Of a stretch of DNA of 53,515 nt, positions 18,276 through 27,615 are shown one piece after another; within the stretch, counting starts at the first letter, position 1, and each line of letters starts with the position of its first letter. Origin of the DNA: Blastocatellia bacterium (GTDB lineage: Bacteria > Acidobacteriota > Blastocatellia > UBA7656); assembly GCA_035558335.1 (NCBI GenBank), contig DATMCM010000399.1, forward strand, positions 1 through 53,515. Reading direction: 5' to 3'. The notes beneath the pieces were generated by a model. That model was not told the origin of the DNA. It saw only the letters and a program-made list of their open reading frames with translations, and did not search any database. The translations under genes and the position numbers were made by a program.

Positions 18276-19526
18276 ATGCACAAATACGACGTCATCATAA
18301 TTGGCGGAGGGCCGGCGGGATGTTCGGCTGCTGCGCGCCTGGCCGCAGCCGGCATTCGAGTCATGCTTCTTGAGAAGAGTAGAATGCTCCGCCATAAGCT
18401 TTGCGGCGAGTTCATCACACCAGAGTGCTTCCCAACGCTAAACCGTCTCGGCGTAATGAATCAAGTCATGGAGGCGGGCGCACGGAAGATTGCGCGTCTG
18501 AGATTGGTTGGCACAAATGGCAACCAAGTCGAGGCGCCCGTTTCCGAGATATCCAGCAAGTCGCACGCGCTCAGCCTGAGCCGCGCGCGCTTTGACCACG
18601 TGCTCTTTGGTAACGCGCGACGTGCGGGCGCCACGTGCCTCGAAGGTCACGTGGTCAAACGATGTTCCCACGACGGCTCGATGGCAACAATCGAAGCGAT
18701 GTCGCTTGCCGCGGGCAAGATGACGAGATTCCAGGCTCCGCTTGTTATCGACGCCTCGGGCCGCAACACGAGGGTAACAACTGGCCGGAGGGGTGTCGCT
18801 CGCGGCTCGCGACTTTTCGGTTTCAAGGCACATTTGGAAGAAGTAGAGGGAATCGCAGGGCAAGTCGAGCTTTATTTTTTCCCCGGCGGCTACGGGGGTC
18901 TTTCCTCGATCGAAGACGGACTTACAAATCTATGTTTCATAACGGATGAGACTCGCCTTAAAAAGGCCGGCGGCGACGTCGGTAGTGTGATGCGGCAAAC
19001 AATGCTAGCCAACGGTCGCGCGCGAGACCGTTTGGCCCGTGCGAAGGCTGAGGGTACTTGGATGAGCGGCGGACCGCTGGTGTTCGGGCGCAAGCGGCGG
19101 TTTGAACCTGGTGTCATCGCAATCGGCGACGCTGCAGGAATGATCGATCCGTTCACGGGCACAGGCATACAGATAGCGCTGCGGTCCGGCGAGCTTGCCG
19201 GCGAGGCGATCATTGAGTCGCTCGGCTCAGCCTCGATGGGGGACGGCTTCCACGACCGGACCCAATTAGAGGCTGGGGATGCCGATCATCACATTGAGGG
19301 ATTTGGCTTGGCCGACTCCGTACTCCGACGTTATTCGGCGCGCTACGAACTGGAGTTCGGCAAGCGAATGAAGATAGCAGGACTGCTGCGCGCACCAGCG
19401 TTCTCGTTGCGCCTGGCCGGCTTGTTCGGGCGCGTTTTATCAGCGTCTCCGCGCCTGGCGCGAGCGGTGCTTCAAGGAAGCAGGGCCAGCCAACAGGGCG
19501 AGAGACTCGACAAGTGTTCCCACTAG
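18276..19526 (+). CDS. FAD-dependent oxidoreductase, geranylgeranyl-reductase-like family
   Basis: ORF 18252..19526. The likely start is ATG 18276, giving MHKYDVIIIGGGPAGCSAAARLAAAG (dinucleotide-binding GxGxxG). GDAAGMIDPFTGTGIQIAL is also present. Confidence 0.8.
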   Translation: MHKYDVIIIGGGPAGCSAAARLAAAGIRVMLLEKSRMLRHKLCGEFITPECFPTLNRLGVMNQVMEAGARKIARLRLVGTNGNQVEAPVSEISSKSHALSLSRARFDHVLFGNARRAGATCLEGHVVKRCSHDGSMATIEAMSLAAGKMTRFQAPLVIDASGRNTRVTTGRRGVARGSRLFGFKAHLEEVEGIAGQVELYFFPGGYGGLSSIEDGLTNLCFITDETRLKKAGGDVGSVMRQTMLANGRARDRLARAKAEGTWMSGGPLVFGRKRRFEPGVIAIGDAAGMIDPFTGTGIQIALRSGELAGEAIIESLGSASMGDGFHDRTQLEAGDADHHIEGFGLADSVLRRYSARYELEFGKRMKIAGLLRAPAFSLRLAGLFGRVLSASPRLARAVLQGSRASQQGERLDKCSH

Positions 19527-19627
19527 CGACCCCACCAACGCGTGCTGCGGCTGCAAAGATTTGGAACTTAGGTCGTAACCGCGCGTGCAGTGAGCCATGC
19601 GTATCAAAACTACATATCGTCGGAGGA

Positions 19628-20659
19628 ATGAAGATGTTGAAACGCTTTTATCTAGTCTCGATGTTGGTAGCCGCACTCGGGGTTGGGGTTGCGATTGCTG
19701 CAACGGCTGGTGATCAGAAAGAAAAGCAAAAGGAAAAGACCGTTACTGCCGACTCGCAGAAGAGCAAGGAGAAGGAAAAAGAGAAGGCATTTTTCGGACC
19801 GGGTAACGATTCCCGAGCATTCTTTGCGGTGCCGTATGGCGAGGGAAGCTACCTGGGTGTTTTCCTCGAGGAGGTTACGCCGGAGCGCGTCAAGGAGCTT
19901 GGGTTGAGCGAGGAGCGTGGTGCAATCGTGATGAAGGTGGTGGCCGGGGGCCCGGCCGAGAAAGCTGGCCTAAAGGAAAATGATGTGGTGCTGAGCTTCA
20001 ACGGTCGTCGCGTGGACAGCGTGCGTGAGCTGCAGCGCCTGTTGAGCGAGACGCCGGCCGAGCGCGCAATCTCGATCGAGGTCTTTAGAGCCGGCGGCCG
20101 TCAGACGCTCAATGCAACGTTGAGCAAGCGCTCGAGCGAATTCCAGCTGCTGCGTCCGGAGCTGGCCGATAAAGAGGCCATGAAGCGGGCCGAGGAATCG
20201 TTCAAGCACTCGATGGAAGAATTCAAGAGCGAGCAGAATAAGTTCGGCGCGTTGCAGCAGGATTTCGGCAACTTTGTTTTTGCAGGACCGGGACAGCACA
20301 GCTTCTTTAGCGGATCGCGTCTAGGCATAAGCGTGGAATCGGTGACAGATCAACTGGCGGAGTACTTCGGAGTCAAGGATGGCAATGGAGTGCTGATTGC
20401 GCGCGTGGATGAAAACGGCGCCGGCGCAAAGGCGGGACTCAAGGCTGGCGACGTGATCATCGCAATCGATAACGAAAAGATCGACAGCGTAAATGCCCTT
20501 GTCAAAGCACTCTCGAAGAAGGAAGCGGGTCAGGTCGCGGTCCAAATCCTTCGAAACCGCAGCGAGCAAACGGTCAACGTGACAATCGAGAAACGCGAAC
20601 AACCTCCTGCAGTTCGCAAGAGCGCGCGCGTTACGACGAGCGCGGCTAGTTCAGTCTGA
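19628..20659 (+). CDS. exported double-PDZ domain protein (no protease domain)
   Basis: ORF 19514..20659. GGAGGA lies directly before ATG 19628, and the signal peptide is MKMLKRFYLVSMLVAALGVGVAIAATAG. A Lys/Glu-rich linker is followed by two PDZ-like segments (GAIVMKVVAGGPAEKAGLKENDVVLSFNG; GVLIARVDENGAGAKAGLKAGDVIIAIDN). Confidence 0.75.
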   Translation: MKMLKRFYLVSMLVAALGVGVAIAATAGDQKEKQKEKTVTADSQKSKEKEKEKAFFGPGNDSRAFFAVPYGEGSYLGVFLEEVTPERVKELGLSEERGAIVMKVVAGGPAEKAGLKENDVVLSFNGRRVDSVRELQRLLSETPAERAISIEVFRAGGRQTLNATLSKRSSEFQLLRPELADKEAMKRAEESFKHSMEEFKSEQNKFGALQQDFGNFVFAGPGQHSFFSGSRLGISVESVTDQLAEYFGVKDGNGVLIARVDENGAGAKAGLKAGDVIIAIDNEKIDSVNALVKALSKKEAGQVAVQILRNRSEQTVNVTIEKREQPPAVRKSARVTTSAASSV

Positions 20660-20687
20660 GCCGCGCGCACTTTGTAGGAAGACCAAA

Positions 20688-20718
20688 GGGAGGAGGCGTT
20701 TTACGCCTCCTCCTTTTT
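20688..20718 (+). terminator. rho-independent terminator after the PDZ gene
   Basis: gggaggaggcg-tttta-cgcctcctcct, followed by a run of T. Confidence 0.8.
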
Positions 20719-20849
20719 GCATGAAAGGATTCTGTCTGCTATTCGGTTCGCGACCTAACCCAAGTATTTTGTGAGAAAGCCGTGTTAAACCAGCGTAACT
20801 TCTCGGCTCCGTCCTGCCATGCTATCATCTTTCATATCTACAAGAACTT

Positions 20850-21668
20850 ATGAGCGATTTAAAAGAGCTGGCCTTCCGCTACGATCTCTTCGTCACTCCT
20901 GATTGGAGAGATCGGTTTGACACTCTTGTAAACGAAAACGTGGAAATCCCCGCCGAGGGTCGTGTGCTTGACGTGAACTGCGGCACAGGCGCTCACTCGA
21001 TAGAACTTGCAGAACGGCTGCGCGGTAAAGGCGAAGTAGTCGGCATAGATCCGAGCGCGGAACGGATTGACCTCGCGAGCGCCAAAGCGCTTGCCAAGAA
21101 ACTCGACGACGTAAAGTTCCAACAGGGAACGGCGACCGCTCTTCCCGTTTCCGACGATGAATTCGACGTTGCCATTGGAGACGCTTCAATGCTTGCGACG
21201 GGCGAAATCGAGCACATACTGACAGAAATGATCCGTGTGACGAAGCCGGAAGGCCGAGTTGTGCTGAAGGTAGCAACCCGCGGAAGCTTTGATGAATTCT
21301 TCTCGATTTATTGGGAAGCGCTGCTGACTGCGGAGTTAGTCGACGAAGTGTGGCCGAAGCTTGACTACCTGATCAACGAGCGTCGAACCATTTCCGACGT
21401 CGAGCTGATCGCAACAAAAGCTCGGCTCAGGAATGTCGATAGCTTCACAAGTAACGAAATATTTATTTTCGAGACCGGCGAGGCGGTTTTCACGTCACCG
21501 TTGATCGAAGACTTCTTTCTGGAAGATTGGCTGGCCATCGTACCCGAGTCGCGACGGCGAGAAGTCCGCGACCGAATCGTCTCGATCATTGACAACGATC
21601 GGCACGGCGCTCCATTTGAAGTTTCAATCAAAACGACGGTAATATCCGGGACAAAACAAGCGGGTTGA
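20850..21668 (+). CDS. class I SAM-dependent methyltransferase
   Basis: 272-aa ORF with motif I VLDVNCGTGAHSIELAE and VVGIDPS. Confidence 0.75.
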   Translation: MSDLKELAFRYDLFVTPDWRDRFDTLVNENVEIPAEGRVLDVNCGTGAHSIELAERLRGKGEVVGIDPSAERIDLASAKALAKKLDDVKFQQGTATALPVSDDEFDVAIGDASMLATGEIEHILTEMIRVTKPEGRVVLKVATRGSFDEFFSIYWEALLTAELVDEVWPKLDYLINERRTISDVELIATKARLRNVDSFTSNEIFIFETGEAVFTSPLIEDFFLEDWLAIVPESRRREVRDRIVSIIDNDRHGAPFEVSIKTTVISGTKQAG

Positions 21669-21706
21669 GGGGTCTTCAAGGACCGGAGCCGACATAAGGG
21701 CTTTGA

Positions 21707-22144
21707 TCACACGAACGGGAGCTTGCCTGACTTCATGAAATACACCAGATATCCGATTTGAGCGACCACGGCAATTGCGCCAATGATCACTCCGGCAGTA
21801 GCTGAGCCCCGCCCTTCCTCGACGAAGTTCCTCTTCAAGGTTCGAAGGGCAAGCGCGCCCAGTATAATAGCCGCGACGCACATGATGAAACCGATCGCTG
21901 GGCAAAAGAAGCTCGCGAGTCCGAGTATCAACGCGTTGTTGGCACGTTCCTGTGCTTTGTCGATTTGTTGGTAGTGATCTTCGGCATCGGTAGCCCTGCG
22001 ACGTGCCAGCTTCTTTTTTGGAGGAGGAGGCGGGGCCGTCTCGGAAAACACGGTGCCAACCTGAGTACCGCAGCTTCCGCAGACTGCCACGCCCACACCG
22101 AGCGGCATTCCGCATTCGTGGCATACCTTCTTAATAGATGACAT
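21707..22144 (-). CDS. zinc-ribbon / DUF4190-like small membrane protein
   Basis: ORF 21707..22213. The likely start is ATG 22144 (MSSIKKVCHECGMPLGVGVAVCGSCG, CxxC-N10-CxxC). A Pro/Lys linker is followed by two C-terminal TM helices. Confidence 0.6.
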   Translation of the reverse strand: MSSIKKVCHECGMPLGVGVAVCGSCGTQVGTVFSETAPPPPPKKKLARRRATDAEDHYQQIDKAQERANNALILGLASFFCPAIGFIMCVAAIILGALALRTLKRNFVEEGRGSATAGVIIGAIAVVAQIGYLVYFMKSGKLPFV

Positions 22145-22371
22145 AAGTTTCGTTTTGCAGAGCGGCTTGGGCCGCTCGTCTTTTAGCACAAGTGGAAGGT
22201 AGCGTTCAAGCAAGCTTGGCTCTTGTTTTGGAGGGCCCCGGTCACGAATTCTTCGTCCGCTCAGGAGGTTGACACGATGGCACTTGCGGACAATTCCTGG
22301 TTATGATAGAAATGAACTACTGAAAGCAGCAATTGAGGTGCCTCCTCAATTCTGAAGTGAGCGGAATGGTA

Positions 22372-22414
22372 GAGGACGAGATGCTGGATGTGCAGATCTC
22401 GTCCTCATTTTTTT
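22372..22414 (+). terminator. strong orphan rho-independent terminator (plus strand only)
   Basis: Perfect 11-bp stem gaggacgagat / atctcgtcctc with a 13-nt loop, followed by a-ttttttt. There is no annotated plus-strand gene upstream. Confidence 0.7.
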
Positions 22415-22472
22415 GAGATTTGTTGGCCTAACTCGTCACAATTCCCCACTCAACGCTTCTCCGAATGACTTA

Positions 22473-22501
22473 TTGACCGCTCCAGGGTCGTAGTGTAATA
22501 T
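22473..22501 (+). promoter_or_regulatory. near-consensus sigma-70 promoter about 380 nt upstream of ftsY
   Basis: TTGACC - 17 nt - TAATAT. Confidence 0.55.
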
Positions 22502-22879
22502 CCGATCACGCTGAGGGTGTACTGCAACGTTGGTGATTGACTTGTCAATTTTTTACCAACGCTAATGCAACGGGGGCCGGAAATAGCACTGGAGGGCGCA
22601 ATGCCCCACACTGATCGGGGATGCAAGATCCAGTGCCGAGGTCACCCACCTGTTTTCGGAACAGGTTCAAAGTTGGCAAGCCACACGGCGAAGCGGTTGC
22701 CCTCATGCACACCCCTCAACCTTTCCAACTCGGGCACTTCACGTTCTCATTCCCTGCAAGGTTCGCTTTGTTGACGATCTTTTTGAGCGAGTGTTAGTCT
22801 CGTTATTACAACGCGCGGCTGCCGAGCCCTGCGCTCTTGCAAATCAACCGACTAACTGATCCACGGAGCACCATAGAGA

Positions 22880-23935
22880 ATGGCATTGTTTTGGAAGCGC
22901 AAGAAGGAACCCGAGTTCATATCACTTGGCCTCAATCGCGAAGCGACCGCGGAAGAAAAAGAGATAGCACTCCGAAGAGACGAGGGTCCTGAGCCCGAGT
23001 TCCTCGACAAGTTCAAGGAAGCGGTGGCCTCGACACGCGAGAGCCTATCCGAAACAATAGAATCGGTAATAGCAGGGAAGCGCGAGATCGACGCGGACGT
23101 GCTCGATCAGCTTGAAGAAGCATTGATCGGGGCGGATATCGGAGCGCAAACCAGCCTCGAGATAATCGAAAAAGCCCGGCTGGAAATCAAGCGGAACCAG
23201 CTCAACGACGTTAGCGAGTTGAAGCGGCTGATTAAGTCCGAGCTTCGTGCCATCCTCGATAAGGCAGAGCAGAATCGCAAGCGCGGAACAATAGCCTCGG
23301 AAACCGAAGTATCGCTCGACATCAAGCCATATATGATCATGATTGTAGGCGTGAACGGCGTCGGCAAGACGACCACGATCGGTAAGCTCGCACATCGCAT
23401 CAAGAGCGAAGGCAACGAAGTGCTGATTTGCGCGGCGGACACGTTCCGCGCCGCTGCCAATGATCAGCTTGCGATATGGGCTGAACGTTCGGGCGTTCCG
23501 CTCGTTCAGCAGAAACCGGGCACGGATCCGTCAGCCGTCCTGTTCGATTCGATCGGCGCCGCCCGAGCGCGCAACGCTGATGTATTGATCATAGACACCG
23601 CTGGCCGCTTGCACACCAAAACCAACCTCATGCAAGAGCTTGAGAAGATGCGCCGCATAGCGGGGCGTGAGATTGATGGCGCGCCTCACGAAGTTCTCTT
23701 GATCATCGATGCAGTCACCGGCCAGAACGGGTTGGAGCAAGCTCGCCAGTTCACTCGCGCAGTTCCGGTCACCGGGCTCGTGTTGACGAAGCTGGACGGC
23801 ACTGCGAAAGGCGGGATCGTCATCGCGATAGCCAAAGACCTTGGGATACCGATCCGCTACGTCGGTGTCGGGGAACAGATGAATGATCTGATCGAGTTTT
23901 CGCCTGACGCATACATCAACGGGTTGTTTGATTAA
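22880..23935 (+). CDS. ftsY: signal recognition particle-docking protein FtsY
   Basis: 351-aa ORF with an acidic N-terminal region and an NG domain. GTPase motifs: [30 protein letters not shown]. Confidence 0.95.
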   Translation: MALFWKRKKEPEFISLGLNREATAEEKEIALRRDEGPEPEFLDKFKEAVASTRESLSETIESVIAGKREIDADVLDQLEEALIGADIGAQTSLEIIEKARLEIKRNQLNDVSELKRLIKSELRAILDKAEQNRKRGTIASETEVSLDIKPYMIMIVGVNGVGKTTTIGKLAHRIKSEGNEVLICAADTFRAAANDQLAIWAERSGVPLVQQKPGTDPSAVLFDSIGAARARNADVLIIDTAGRLHTKTNLMQELEKMRRIAGREIDGAPHEVLLIIDAVTGQNGLEQARQFTRAVPVTGLVLTKLDGTAKGGIVIAIAKDLGIPIRYVGVGEQMNDLIEFSPDAYINGLFD

Positions 23936-23998
23936 AACCCGTCCGCGCGCCACTGCTCCGTACTCGTAGGCCACGATCGCCGTTCACTGCCACTCCGC

Positions 23999-24691
23999 CT
24001 ATTTCCTCGCGCTCAGCATCTCTCTCAGTCTTTGCTCGCCGAGTGGCGCGTCGGTGTTGGCATCGATCTTGAAGCTCGCTTTCATTTCCTGCCAAAATCC
24101 GGCCTGATACCGAAGGTTGATCAACGCGATGATAATCATGGCCAGCAGAGCGCCGAGGCCCGCCATTGTCATGTCCTTCTGCGCGTCCCATACGTCGCCC
24201 TGAGATCCGAGGAAAGCGAGGCCAGCCGCTGGGTCGACATTTGCCGCAGCGAGCCATTCGATGATCTCGTAGACCGCAGAAAACGCGAGCGTCACATCAA
24301 ACGGAAGGTAATAGCCCCAGAAGCCTTTCACACGTGTGACGCGGAGAAAGATCTCTCGAATCGGATACGCCAGCAATAATCCAAACGAAAAGTGTACGAG
24401 CCGGTCGTACATGTTTCGGCTCGCTCCCAACCAATTCTGCAGCACGTCGCCGAATGGAACCTCGGCATATGTATAGTGCGAGCCAATTACGTGAAGGATC
24501 ATGAACATCGTAATCAGTCCGTACGACAGGTTCGACAGTCTGAAATACCTGCCGGTTAAGACGATTATCGGAACGAAGATGAAGACCAGGTAGTTCTCAA
24601 GCAACCAATCATGACGATAGGTAGGGTTGATTGCGGCCCAAACCCAGACTGCTGCGAAGATAACTAGAAGCACCTTGAGGTATCGAGTCAT
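23999..24691 (-). CDS. DUF2238 (YjdF-like) inner-membrane protein
   Basis: ORF 23999..24823. The start is set to ATG 24691 (GGGAGAG upstream), or alternatively 24703, because the longer form overlaps the P450 gene. MTRYLKVLLVIFAAVWVWAAINPTYRHDWLLENYLV is typical of DUF2238. Confidence 0.7.
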   Translation of the reverse strand: MTRYLKVLLVIFAAVWVWAAINPTYRHDWLLENYLVFIFVPIIVLTGRYFRLSNLSYGLITMFMILHVIGSHYTYAEVPFGDVLQNWLGASRNMYDRLVHFSFGLLLAYPIREIFLRVTRVKGFWGYYLPFDVTLAFSAVYEIIEWLAAANVDPAAGLAFLGSQGDVWDAQKDMTMAGLGALLAMIIIALINLRYQAGFWQEMKASFKIDANTDAPLGEQRLREMLSARK

Positions 24692-24752
24692 AGGCTCTCC
24701 CATCGAAGACGTGCTGCTTCTCAGACCACAGGCAAGTGTGAGCGGGTTGTAA

Positions 24753-26147
24753 TCAAGCAGATGTGCCGATCGTTTCAAGGTCACTGTACTCGATCGACGC
24801 GCGATCTTTCCTCTCCTCGACAATCATCCGCATCCCATACCTTGGCCGCAGTGTGATCATCGGCTTCGTCTCGACGCGCTGACCTGGCGCCAGTCGCATA
24901 TTCCACGCCTGAGCTATCGTCGCGATCAACAGCCCGCCTTCCATCCAGGCAAACTGCTCGCCGATGCAAACGCGCGGGCCGCCGCCGAATGGGAAATATG
25001 CGAACTTGGGGCGAGCTTCTCGCGCTTGTGGAGTCCAGCGTTCAGGGTCGAACTCGAACGGGTCGGGATAGTATCGAGGGTCGTGGTGCATTACCCAGGG
25101 GCTCATGAGAACAATTGACCCGGCGGGAATGATGTATTTATCCACGGGATAATCCGTAAGAACGCGACGGCCCAACGTCCAGGCTGGCGGATAAAGTCTC
25201 ATCGATTCGGCGAACACCATCTCGGTGTAGCTTAATCGCCCGACATCATCCGCACTTGGCCGCTTGCCCGTGAGCGCGGCATCCAGCTCGTCGTGCAGTT
25301 TCGCTTCCACATCTGGATGTTGGGACAGCAAATACCACGACCAGGTAAGCGCGTTGGCTGTAGTCTCATGTCCGGCAACGAAAAGAGTCATCGCTTCATC
25401 GCGAAGCTGCGCGTCGGTCATTCCGGAACCGTCGCCCTCTTCGTCCTGCGCGAGAAGAAGCATCGACAGAAGATCGCCGCGATCTTCCTTGCTCCGTCGG
25501 CGCTCATCGATAATCCGGTACATGGTTGCGTCAAGCCGCTGCTTTGCTTTCAGCCAGCGAATGTTGCTGGGCAACGGAAGCTTTTGAAGAAGCCCCGAAA
25601 AAGGCGTCGTTATTCTGTCGAACAACTGCATGACATCCGTGAGCGCTTTGCCGATCTCGCTCGCCTCGGTTTCAACGTTGGCGTCGAACAGGGTCTTGCC
25701 CACTATCGCAAGAGTAAGCCTCATCATCTCCTGGGAGATGTCGAGCGTTTCGCCTGAACGCCAGCGATTCCGGGTTTGCGTGCCGTAGTCGGTCATCACC
25801 GACGCGTAGGCGTTGATACGCTGTCGATGAAATGCCGGCTGCGCTAGTCTCCGCTGACGACGATGAAACTCACCCTCGCTGGTCAGCAGACCCTCGCCGA
25901 GAAACTTCTTGGCCATTTCCAGGCCGCGGCTCTTGACGAAGTTCCGATTGTTAGTGACCAGCACATCTCGTACATAGTCGGGATGGTTGAGAAGATAAAT
26001 GTCTTGCGGGCCGAACTTGAAATGGACGACGTCTCCGTATTGGCGCGCGGATTCCAGCAGGAACTTCAGCGGGTCACGCCGGAACATCGTCAGGTGACCG
26101 AAAAAGGGTTTTGGCTTCGGGCTAGGGAAATGCTCGACTGATGGCAT
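24753..26147 (-). CDS. cytochrome P450
   Basis: 464-aa ORF with heme-binding loop [17 protein letters not shown]-helix AGHETT and ExxR (ESMR). Confidence 0.92.
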   Translation of the reverse strand: MPSVEHFPSPKPKPFFGHLTMFRRDPLKFLLESARQYGDVVHFKFGPQDIYLLNHPDYVRDVLVTNNRNFVKSRGLEMAKKFLGEGLLTSEGEFHRRQRRLAQPAFHRQRINAYASVMTDYGTQTRNRWRSGETLDISQEMMRLTLAIVGKTLFDANVETEASEIGKALTDVMQLFDRITTPFSGLLQKLPLPSNIRWLKAKQRLDATMYRIIDERRRSKEDRGDLLSMLLLAQDEEGDGSGMTDAQLRDEAMTLFVAGHETTANALTWSWYLLSQHPDVEAKLHDELDAALTGKRPSADDVGRLSYTEMVFAESMRLYPPAWTLGRRVLTDYPVDKYIIPAGSIVLMSPWVMHHDPRYYPDPFEFDPERWTPQAREARPKFAYFPFGGGPRVCIGEQFAWMEGGLLIATIAQAWNMRLAPGQRVETKPMITLRPRYGMRMIVEERKDRASIEYSDLETIGTSA

Positions 26148-26221
26148 TCAGGACTCCTGAAACGCGAGGCCGGTCGAAAGCATTATGCACACAGCATCAA
26201 GGTTCTGGCTATCGCTCAGCT

Positions 26222-27448
26222 TCATGACGCATAGCGGCGCTCAACGGTAAGGATAAAGATCAACGTGCCGGTTAACCCAATCGCGCACGCGGCGAAAAAA
26301 GGAATTGCCGGATTGAGCCTCCACAGGAATCCGCCAATCACCGAGGCCGGTGTGATCGAGAGGCTGCGAGTAAGATAGTACAGCCCGACCGTCCGCCCGC
26401 GGCGAGTGGGGTCCGCCAGATCCACGATCATCGACTTGCGCGAGGGCTCGCCAAGCTCCCTCAGCCCGCCGATCACGAACGCCACCACCAAAGCCGCGAA
26501 GCTGCGCGAAAGAACCACACTAAGTGGAAAGATCGAGAAGCAAATAAAAGTCGCGACCACGAAGGGCTTGCGGCCATAACGATCCGCGAGCCTGGCCGCG
26601 GGAACATACGCCGCGATCGACGTAGCCATCTGGATTCCCACGAGCACGCCAAACTGCAGCGAGCTCACGCCTGTCACGTTTGTGACGTAGAGCACCACGA
26701 ATACGCTGACCATCCCTTCGCAGGTTCGGATAAAGATGTCCGAAATAAGCAGCCGCTTGAGCGCTTTGTGCATGGCGCGAAATTGCACGAGGAAGTTAAT
26801 CGACGCCGAGACGCCGGCATCAAACTGAATGTTGTACAACCGCCGTTGGGTGAGGATCGCAATCAACGCGAGCGCGGCGGTAATCAGAAGCGCAGTCCGC
26901 ATTCCTCGCATCAATCCAAGCCTGGCGATCAGAAGTCCGCCCAGTACCGGGGACAACATCACCGGCACGCGCTTCAGGATCGCTTGTACGGTGAAGCCCA
27001 TAGCCCGTCGATCGCGAGGCAAGCGTTCCGCGATCATCGCGAACATCGCCGGCGAAGCCATGCTCGTCCATACCATGCCGAACGCAAGACCTACAAACAT
27101 AAAGGGCCAGCCTGGGCTGAACGCGTAGATCAAATAGCCCGCAACAGCGAGTCCGGCGAACACCACGAGCGCGCGACGACTACCTATGCGGTCAGAAATG
27201 GCGCCGCCTGGATACTGATAAATCGCGTCGAGGAAATCACGCGTCGTTCCGAACAAACCGATTACGGCAACCGTGGCTCCGAGCGCTTCGAGATACTTCG
27301 GAAGGAAGCTCTTCCACAACTCTTCGCCCGCGCCAAACAGAAAGACCGCGAGCGACATGACCAGGATGTTTCGTTCAAGCCCGAGCCCCTCTCGCAATCC
27401 GTCATACAATACCTTCGCTCGGCCACTTTCTTGTTCGCCGATTCGCAT
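26222..27448 (-). CDS. MFS transporter
   Basis: 408-aa ORF with about 12 predicted hydrophobic helices and MFS-type loop motifs (DRIGSRR; DRYGRKP). Confidence 0.85.
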   Translation of the reverse strand: MRIGEQESGRAKVLYDGLREGLGLERNILVMSLAVFLFGAGEELWKSFLPKYLEALGATVAVIGLFGTTRDFLDAIYQYPGGAISDRIGSRRALVVFAGLAVAGYLIYAFSPGWPFMFVGLAFGMVWTSMASPAMFAMIAERLPRDRRAMGFTVQAILKRVPVMLSPVLGGLLIARLGLMRGMRTALLITAALALIAILTQRRLYNIQFDAGVSASINFLVQFRAMHKALKRLLISDIFIRTCEGMVSVFVVLYVTNVTGVSSLQFGVLVGIQMATSIAAYVPAARLADRYGRKPFVVATFICFSIFPLSVVLSRSFAALVVAFVIGGLRELGEPSRKSMIVDLADPTRRGRTVGLYYLTRSLSITPASVIGGFLWRLNPAIPFFAACAIGLTGTLIFILTVERRYAS

Positions 27449-27615
27449 ATTATGAAGAGAGCGACTATACCCGAAGGATTCAGGCGAGGGCTTGGTTCCC
27501 CAGCCCGGTCTAGTTTTTGGGATTGGCGGTCTACCTGATACGCGCCGCCTTCATCACGACACGCCGATTCCATCAGCCGCGGGCTTCGGTAACCTCACTA
27601 TCGGCATGCGCTCGA

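Noticed and set aside
22560-22720. SRP RNA, tmRNA, RNase P RNA, 6S RNA or tRNA next to ftsY
   Set aside because: The CCGGAAATAGCAC string only superficially resembles the SRP domain IV GGAA/AGCA motif and lacks the complementary strand. There is no GAGGAAAGUCC (RNase P), no tmRNA ends, and no T-arm-compatible stems around GGTTCAAAG.
22565-22774. 69-aa ORF in the ftsY upstream region
   Set aside because: It has no RBS, its third-position composition is close to the bulk base composition, and its sequence is low-complexity Ser/Gly/Pro-type. The region is better treated as non-coding.
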